NCBI GenBank assembly: GCA_036785375.1 | Contig: JAWMAR010003146.1 | Coordinates: 1-64,000 of the forward strand | Length of the DNA stretch: 64,000 bases | Source of the DNA: Leucoraja ocellata | Lineage: Eukaryota | Direction of reading: 5' to 3' | Shown: piece after piece, positions 1 to 32,851 of the stretch | How positions within the stretch are numbered: the stretch's first letter is position 1 | Layout: each line of letters begins with the position of its first letter | The notes under the pieces: model-generated | The model's input: only the letters and a program-made list of their open reading frames with translations | Database searches by the model: none | Told to the model about the DNA's origin: nothing | Made by a program: the position numbers and the translations under genes

Positions 1-792
1 GCGTGCGTGTGGCATGTGCATGTACCTATACCCAGAATACGGAGGAAAGTTTTAATAGGAACCTGAAGGGCAGCGTTTTCCACTCCGAAGGTGGTGGGTG
101 TATGGAACGAGCTGCCAGAGGAGGTAGTTGGGATTGATGCTATCACATTTTAGATATTTTTTTTCTAATTATTTTTTTATTGAAAGCATATGTACAAATG
201 ATAATAAACGACAAACTGGTAACAGAATTCTTACACAGCTTCAAATTTTAAAGTTTGTTTTTAAAGAAAAGAAATAGAAAGAGAAAGGATTAGAGAAACT
301 ATAAGCTAATAGAAAGGAGAGGTGGGCTAGAGAGAAATAAAATTACACATATAATAAATAGATCCAGGAGATATCTGTTGTGACTTTAATTCTGTGTTAA
401 ACCAATTTACTTTTTTTAAATTCAATAAATTGAGACCATATTCTGTTTTTTTCAATTAAGACAAATCTTATTTTTTCCAAAAAATACGATCACATTCAAA
501 AGCCATTTGGACAGGTACATGGATAGGAAGGGTTTAGAGGAATATGGGCAAATGCAGGCAGGCGGGACTAATGTAGGATTGGACATGTTGGCCGGCAGAG
601 GCAGGTTGGGCCGAAGGGCCTGTTTCTGTGCTGTACATGTCTATGACTCCACAACCACATTAGTGCTGTAGTACAAGCAGACACTGGCCACAGACTGGAC
701 GTGGTGTGGCTGTGTGCCGGTGTAGCCGGTGTAGCCGGTGTAGCGAGCTGCTGAGACCTCACCGTCCCTGCCTCCCTCCCCCCCCCGTGCAG

Positions 793-25338
<24,546 letters not shown>

Positions 25339-26014
25339 GAGGGAGAAAGCAGTGGAGGTGGATGTCTTTGATCAGCGGTGAACTTAAGCCTGGACTTGCG
25401 GTACATCAGCTTCCTCTTGTCTTGGGAAGAAATGACATCCCACATTCTTAGCGAACTGGTGACCAGTGCCAGGAAACCCAATTCTCTAGCCCGATGCTCT
25501 AATCTTTCCTAACTCCTGGAACCAGGAAGAAATCAATCTGAGGAAGGGTCTCGATCTGAAACATCACCCATTCCTTCTCATCAGAGATGCTGCCGGTTCT
25601 GCTGCGTTACCCCAGCATTTTGTGTCTATCTTCGAAAATCAATCAGCTCCTGGAAACCACCCCAAGTGGACACTTGGCAACATGTTCAGCAGAGGGCTTG
25701 GGTCTGTTCTGTGCTGTACTGTTCTACATCCTAACGATCCTAAATGCGTCTCGGTCTGCCCTCTCCATGGTGTGGCTCTTGTGGGAGAAGGGCTGTTCCA
25801 TCTTGTGTTGGGAGGGGAGGGCTGGGTAGTGGGAGCATGCTGCCACACAGGACTACACTGGCCAGAAGACTTCTAATTCCAGCTTATTGCTCATTCCGCA
25901 GCGGGCTTGCGATAAAATGTCTCGCTCGAACAGGTTGCAGACACGGCTAATGACTAATTGTAGTAAAACATGTAATCAATGCACTGCACAGATCCACCAG
26001 CAAACTATTTTTAC

Positions 26015-26024
26015 AATAAATAAA
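26015..26024 (+). promoter_or_regulatory. Candidate IKBKB polyadenylation signals (overlapping AATAAA x2)
   Basis: AATAAATAAA about 680 bp after the stop codon. Confidence 0.6.
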
Positions 26025-26499
26025 ATTCCGTTATATGTGCCTTATAAAAGTGCAGTCACAATCTTATCTGTATGTAATGTTATAGTCAAGTGATGCCATT
26101 GAAACGCTGATGTTTTAACTAAAGAGTCACCTTTGTGGATGTAGGTGAGTCTATTGTTATATACACCAGGGTGCAAAAATATGGAGACCTAAGAGACAGC
26201 AGATGCTAGAGTCTTGTGCAAAAACAAAGTGCTGGAAGAACTCAGTGGGCCAGGCAGCATCTGTGGAGGAAAATGGACAGATGATGGTTCAGGTTAGGAT
26301 CTGTCTTCAGACTGATGGAATACAGGGGAGAAAAGTGAGAGGGAGGGGAGGGGCAAGAACAGCTGTTCCCTCCCCACCCTCACCTCCTTACCAGCTTTCT
26401 TCGTTCCAGTGAAGAAGGGTCCCAATCTGAAACATCTCCCGTCTATTTCACCCTACTGACCCACTGTGGTGAGAGATGGAGGCAATAATAATGTGTGGT

Positions 26500-26832
26500 C
26501 CTCACCTTTCTCCCACCTGCCTTCCGCATCTATTCTCCGACAGTTCTGCCACCTTCAATGTGATCCCACCACTGCTCACATCTTCCTGCCATCACCCCTT
26601 TCTGCAGGAGGTAGAGACAATGCTCTCCAGAAGTCTCACTGACTCTGCCCCCTCTCCAAGCACTTTCACCAGCAACCTCAGGGGATATAACACCTGCCCC
26701 TACACCTCCTCACTCACCTCCATCTTCTAGGGACCCCAGTAATCCTTCCAGGTGAGGCAGAGGTTAACATGCACTTCATCAAACATCATCTCCTGCATCC
26801 AGTGCTCCTGATGTGGTCCTCTCTACATTGCC
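26500..26832 (+). mobile_element. Degraded Penelope GIY-YIG endonuclease fragment
   Basis: Reads TCPYTSSLTSI..GPQ*SFQVRQRLTCTSSNIISCIQCS*CGPLYI, the typical PLE Cys-rich/GIY-YIG start. Confidence 0.75.
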
Positions 26833-27938
26833 AGGACCTGGGTCCAGAGCCTGGGGCTAGGTCGGTCCCGGAGGCCGGACTTGGGCGATGTCCCGGGATG
26901 GGGGTCCCAGCAAGATCAAAAACTTAACCCTAATGCAATTACAGTTCCTTCCTACACATTAAAAAATACTAATGGTAACTGATAACCTTTTCTTACACAG
27001 ACTATTCATAATTTGATCTATCATGTATACAACATCATTATTTACCTGCTCTTATCTTCAACTGACATCCTAAACCTGTAGAATTTGCTTGTGTTGTTAG
27101 AGTATTGTTTTTCTAAGACTGGAAAACTGGGCTGGAGATCAGGGGAGCACTTTGTACATTGGGGCTTGGATGATATTTCTTATCACGTCCTCTTGGCTCA
27201 TGAGTATCATAAAGCAAGCTAGATAAAGGATCTAATATCTCCATTGCAAAAATGCAAGGCTGAAGATCAAGAGAGTTTCATTGTCATGTGTCCCAGACAG
27301 AACAATGACATTCTTACTTGCTGCAGCACAACAGTATATGTACACATAGTGCACTGTATAGGGAGGTTTCATGGCAGTCGGGTCACGACCCATGACCCGT
27401 ACTGTTGCTAAGCTATTCCAAATGAACTGCAGGTGGGCACTTACCATTGTTTCCAGCGTAGCGGGCCCGTTACAACCCGCTGAAACTGTCAATTTTTATG
27501 CTGTAAATAATTATGGAAATCTGGATAAGCGTGCGAGACATTTAGCCTACTTCAGAATTCCAAAAGTGAGGAGAAATGATGGTAGATAGAAACAAGAGCT
27601 GAAGGGACAACAACAGCCAGAGTTGCTTGGCGAACATTGGCCATTTGCTCACTGCATTTCATCAACAGTAAGGCATTATTTGTGTTTTTTCTTGATTCCT
27701 TTGGCATCTAAAAAGTTTCAGAGGTGATAAATGTGGCTGTAATTTTTTTAAATCGCCCATGGTTCTCGTGGGTTTTTACTTACAAAATGGAAACGCCTCT
27801 GAAGAAACATTTACAGCCAGATTCATCACTTCTGAGAATTCTTAGATACCAAAGGAATCAAGAAAAAACACAAATAATGCCTTACTTAATGAAATGCAGT
27901 GAGCAAACGCGATAATTCCCAATATTTTCAATGTTGAC

Positions 27939-28389
27939 TGTGAGAGAAGGGTTAATAGAGGTTGAATTATACTAGAACTCTGAAAAATATAACTTAGAAA
28001 GAAATGAGCTTATCCGCAGAAGCCAGACTGCTAGTAGAATAAAGTAACAATATAAAGAACAGAGAGAAATTCTAGATAAAAAGTAGCAAACAGATAACAA
28101 CTTCAGCAGAAGCCTTGGGAGTCTTTGACGTCAGGACATGGTCCTAGACATTCCTGGACTTTCTCGTGGGAATGTGGGCTTTATGTTATGATTGGACGAA
28201 ACTCGATGGGGAGACCTGAGGTAGTGACCACAGTGAAGAAGGGTATAAAGATAGAAAGCATCTCCATTTTCTTTGTGCCTCCAGGGGACATCAGAGGAGA
28301 GACACCTATTCTGCAGAATATGAAAATTAATAAAAACACTTCTTTGTCTGAATTTGTCTCAAGAGCATTTGTGATTTTTGAATCTCACA
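27939..28389 (+). mobile_element. Solo LTR (451 bp)
   Basis: TGTGAGA...TCTCACA termini; 5-bp TSD TTGAC; TATAAA 28244-28249; AATAAA 28329-28334; TGACGTCA 28126-28133. Confidence 0.88.
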
Positions 28390-28613
28390 TTGACCAAGCA
28401 TTTTAGCTGCTGTAGTCCCTTCAGTTCTCGCTTCTCTATACCTTCATTTCGCTTCACGTTTGGAATTGTGAAGTTAGGTACATGTCTCTCACACTTACCC
28501 CGACTCCCACAATTTTTTTCAGCGCAAAAATGCAACATTTTGGCGGTTTTTAACAGTAGGAAAGTACGCATTTCTTGCATTAATAACATATACCTGAAGT
28601 GACGGATGTCTTC

Positions 28614-29009
28614 AATAGAGCATGTCATTATACATTGTGAGAGGTATGAGGAAGAAGACAAATGAGTGAACGATTCAGAAAAGAAAAAGTACAATTTGAT
28701 TTAATAGATATTTTACAAAAGAATTCATATAAGTGCTATCAAATCCTATTGCTTTTTCTCAGGGTAACCAATTTGTTTGGAAAGATATAGGTTATTTGTA
28801 GGTAGACAAAATTGCTGGAGAAACTCAGCGGGTGCAGCAGCATCTATGGAGCGAAGGAAATAGGCGACGTTTCGGGCCGAAACCCTTCTTCAGACTGATA
28901 GGTTATTTGTATATAAGTTATGTTATTTGATCCACACTCCACACCAGTTGGTGGTGGTAATGCACTAAAAAGTTGTTTGCCGACCGCCAAAAAAAACTAC
29001 ATAGAAGAA
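28614..29009 (+). mobile_element. 5'-truncated Nimb/I-group LINE
   Basis: IEHVIIHCERY (end of C-terminal Zn knuckle); GGTGGTGGTAATGCAC...AGAAGAAG 3' end; 13-bp TSD GACGGATGTCTTC. Confidence 0.7.
28801..28897 (-). mobile_element. Short Penelope-type element with intact minimal hammerhead core
   Basis: 14-bp TSD ATAGGTTATTTGTA; minus strand CTGAAGAAGGGTTTCGGCCCGAAACGTC. Confidence 0.8.
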
Positions 29010-29279
29010 GACGGATGTCTTCCAGTTGGATTTAGTGGCTCGGTGCATCGAGCCCTATGACCCGGTGACCTTTCGTGCAACCCCCCTATATGTAAACATA
29101 GTGCACTGTATACAATATGATAAATGAGGGAGAAACAAAGAAATAAAATAACGAATGATTGGGGAGTGAAGAATGTGGAGAGAGATCTGATGAGATTGGG
29201 GTGATATTAATTGTGAACGCTTTAACACCTCCAGTTTAAATTCCATTTGGAATATTTTGGAGGACCAAGAACCAAGAAC

Positions 29280-29600
29280 ATCTCCAGCAGGACTCTGACC
29301 CCGGGCCCAGGACATCACCTACCCCGGGACATTGCCCCAGCCCCCCGAGGCCCGACCTTGCTGGGACCATCATCCAAGGACCGACCAAGCCCCAACTCGG
29401 GCCCCAGGCTCCAGACCCGGGCCCTAGGAACTAGGCCCCCCCGCCCGTTGCCCTGGCGACCGCCGCCGTTGCCGGGACGGAAGCGGCTGCCATGACGATG
29501 GCGGCGGCAGCGTGCGCGTTCCCGCGGCCGGGCGTGCGTGCGGGCGGTTGGACGGTGACGCTGGAGCGGCGGTGAGTGCGCCCGGGGACGGGGGGCGTTG
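29280..29600 (+). promoter_or_regulatory. ENKD1: ENKD1 CpG-island promoter and non-coding first exon (donor after 29571), with RFX X-box-like sites
   Basis: CpG-dense. GTTGCCCTGGCGAC at 29447-29460, GCTGCCATGACGAT at 29486-29499, ETS-like CGGAAG at 29478-29483, strong donor GCG|gtgagt. Confidence 0.75.
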
Positions 29601-29606
29601 GGGGGG

Positions 29607-31190
29607 GTGGGGTAGAGGGGGCAGTGTGGGGAGGGGGGTAGAGGGGGCAGTGTGGGCTGGGGTAGAGGGGGCAGTGTGGGGAGGGGGGGTAGAGGGGGCA
29701 GTGGGGGGGGGGGGGGGGGGGGGTAGAGGGGGCAGTGGGGTGGGGGTAGAGGGGGCAGTGGGGCTGGGGTAGAGGGGGCAGTGGGGTGGAGGTAGAGGGG
29801 GCAGTGGGGCTGGGGTAGAGGGGGCAGTGGGGTGGGGGGGGGGGGTGGGGTAGAGGGGGCAGTGGGGGCTGGGGTAGAGGGGGCAGTGGGGCTGGGGTAG
29901 AGGGGGCAGTGGGGCTGGAGGTAGAGGGGGCAGTGGGGCTGGGGTGAGGGGGCAGTGGGGGGGGGGGGGGGGGTTAGAGGGGGCAGTGGGGCTGGGGTAG
30001 AGGGGGCAGTGGGGCTGGGTAGAGGGGGCAGTGGGGGGGGGGGGTGGGGAGGGGAGGGGGGAGGGGGGGCAGTGGGGTGGAGGTAGAGGGGCAGTGGGGG
30101 GGAGAGGGGGCAGTGGGGTGGAGGTAGAGGGGGCAGTGGGGCTGGGGTAGAGGGGCAGTGGGGCTGGAGGTAGAGGGGGCAGTGGGGTGGAGGTAGAGGG
30201 GGCAGTGGGGCTGGGGTAGAGGGGGCAGTGGGGCTGGGGTAGAGGGGGCAGTGGGGCTGGGGTAGAGGGGGCAGTGGGGGGGGGGTAGAGGGGCAGTGGG
30301 GGGGGGGTAGAGGGGGCAGTGGGGTGGGGGTAGAGGGGCAGTGGCTGGGTAGAGGGGCAGTGGGGGTAGAGGGGGCAGTGGGGGCAGTGGGGGTAGAGGG
30401 GGCAGTGGGGCTGGGGTAGAGGGGGCAGTGGGGTGGGGGTAGAGGGGGCAGGAGGTAGAGGGGGCAGTGGGGTGGGGGTAGAGGGGGCAGTGGGGCTGGG
30501 GGGGCAGTGGGGGCTGGGGTAGAGGGGGGCAGTGGGGTGGGGGTAGAGGGGGCAGTGGGGCTGGGGTAGAGGGGGCAGTGGGGCTGGGGTAGAGGGGGCA
30601 GTGGGGCTGGGGGTAGAGGGGGCAGTGGGGCTGGGGTAGAGGGGGCAGTGGGGGGGGGGGTAGAGGGGGCAGTGGGGGGGGGTAGAGGGGGCAGTGGGGC
30701 TGGAGGTAGAGGGGGCAGTGGGGTGGGGGTAGGGGGGGGCTAGTGGGGGCTGGGGTAGAGGGGGCAGTGGGGCTGGGGTAGAGGGGGCAGTGGGGCTGGG
30801 GTAGAGGGGGCAGTGGGGCTGGAGGTGAGGGGGCAGTGGGGGTGGGGGTTAGAGGGGCAGTGGGGTGGGGTAGAGGGGGCAGTGGGGGCTGGGGTAGAGG
30901 GGGCAGTTGGGGTGGGGTAGAGGGGGCAGTGGGGTCTGGGGTAGAGGGGGCAGTGGGGCTGGGGTAGAGGGGGCAGTGGGTGGGGAGGGGGTGGGTAGAG
31001 GGGCAGTGGGGCTGGGGTAGAGGGCAGTGGGTGGAGGTAGAGGGGCAGTGGGGCTGGAGGTAGAAGGGGCAGTGGGGCTGGGGTAGAGGGGCAGTGGGGG
31101 GGGGGCAGTGGGGCTGGAGGTAGAGGGGGCAGTGGGGCTGGGGTAGAGGGGGCAGTGGGGGGGAAAGGGGGGCTGGGGGTAGAGGGTTAG
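29607..31190 (+). repeat. About 1.6-kb G-rich tandem repeat, unit about GGGGTAGAGGGGGCAGTGGGGCT
   Basis: Seen directly in ENKD1 intron 1. Confidence 0.95.
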
Positions 31191-32591
31191 GGGGGGGCTG
31201 GGGGTAGAGGGGCAGGGGTAGGAGAGGCTGTGGGGGGATAGGGGTGGACGGGGCTAGGGGGGTAACAACATGCAGGGGGTAGAGGGGCAGGGGCGGATGC
31301 AGGGGGAAAGGAAGATGGAGGGGACAGGAGGATAGAGGGAGGTAGGGATGGGGGGTAGAGGACGGGGCAGTGGGGCTGGGGGTGGAGGGCAGGGGGGACA
31401 GGATGCAGGGGGGGCCAGGAGGGTAGAGGGGGCAAGGAGGTAGGAGAGGATGTGGGGATGGGGGGGTAGGGTTGAGGGGGTGGGGTAAAGGGGCTAGGGA
31501 CGAACAGGATTTAGGGGAAGGAAGATGGAGGGGAGAGGAGGGTAGAGGGAGATAGGGATGGGGTGGAACTGGGTTAGGAGGGTTGAGGGGGTGGGGGGGC
31601 TAGGGACAGGGTTAGGGGAAACATGATGTAGGGGTACAGGAGGATAGAGGGGACAGGGCAGTGGATGGGGGGCCGGTGGCAGGGGGCCAGGGTCAAGGGC
31701 GAAGGACAGGAGATGATGAGCCGGGGCAGGAAGCAGGGTTACAGTAGGGACCAAGGGCAATGGAAGAGCAAGAGGACAGCGGTCTGCGCAGACGGTAGAG
31801 CAGGGGGCAAGGGCAGGGGTGGCAGTGAGCACAGGGAGAGGTCGAGAACCCCCCCACCCCCGTCGACCATCCTTATATTGACTTAAGGTAATCAAAGATA
31901 TGGAATAAAGTTGAGGTAGAAATCAGACATCTAATTAAATAGCATAATGTGTTTGGAGTAGGAAACAAAGTGCTGGGAGGAACACAGCGGGTCAGGCAGC
32001 AACTGTGGTGGGAAATGGACAGACAGCATTTTCACAAGTTATGGGAGCAGAATTAGGCCATTCGGCCCATCGAGTCTACTCTGCCATTCAATCATGGCTG
32101 ATCTCTGCCTCCTAATCCCATTTTCCTGCCTTATCCCTATAACCCTTGACACCTGTTCTAATCAAGAAATCATCCATCTCTGCCTTAAAAATATCCACTG
32201 ACTTGGCCTCCACCGCCCTCTGTGGTAATGAGTTCCACAGATTAACTACTGACTAAAGAAGTTCCTCCTCACCTCCTTTCTAACAGAGCACCCTTTAATT
32301 ATGAAGCTGTGACCTCTGGTCGTAGTCTCTCCCACTTTTGGTTTTGGACCTTTCTTCAGACTGATGATAGTTGACGTTTGACATTATCGGCTCAGTCTGA
32401 AGAAGGGTCCTGATTCAAAACATTGTCTTTCCGTTTCCCTCCACAGATGCTGCCTGACCCGCTGTATTCCTCCCAGCACTTTGCATGTTAAGTGTAGCGT
32501 CTTTGTATGGCTAAATGGATTCTCGTCTTTGTTCCTCTCTTTAACCAAGCTACTTTGACAATGCTTTGTTACAGCTTCATCAGTAAAGAAA

Positions 32592-32676
32592 ATGTCTGAA
32601 GGACCCTCCAACATATCTGGCCCTATTCCACCAGACCCAACGCTGTTCCCAGACTTTTACCGACGTCCGATATCAG
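32592..32676 (+). CDS. ENKD1: ENKD1 first coding exon (acceptor at 32575)
   Basis: MSEGPSNISGPIPPDPTLFPDFYRRPIS. Confidence 0.94.
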
Positions 32677-32819
32677 GTGAATGATTATTCCGTTTTTTTC
32701 CCCAGGTAAAATTGCTCCAATTTTCCACTTTAGTAGAGTTAGTTAAATCACCACTTTGAACTGGGTGGCCTTGGCCTTAAAGCAGAAGGCAGTACAACTG
32801 GATGGCAAAGGGGGAGGGG

Positions 32820-32851
<32 letters not shown>

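Larger units (their letters stand above)
27361..29086. mobile_element. Non-autonomous DNA-transposon-like element hosting nested insertions
   Basis: Imperfect TIRs GGGAGGTTTCATG and CGTGCAACCCCCC; flanking 26-bp direct repeats at 27335-27360 and 29087-29112; internal inverted repeat about 27643-27710 / 27842-27907. Confidence 0.65.

Noticed and set aside
28155-28170. NF-kB site in the solo LTR (TGGACTTTCT)
   Set aside because: Two mismatches to GGGACTTTCC at key positions; not supportable.
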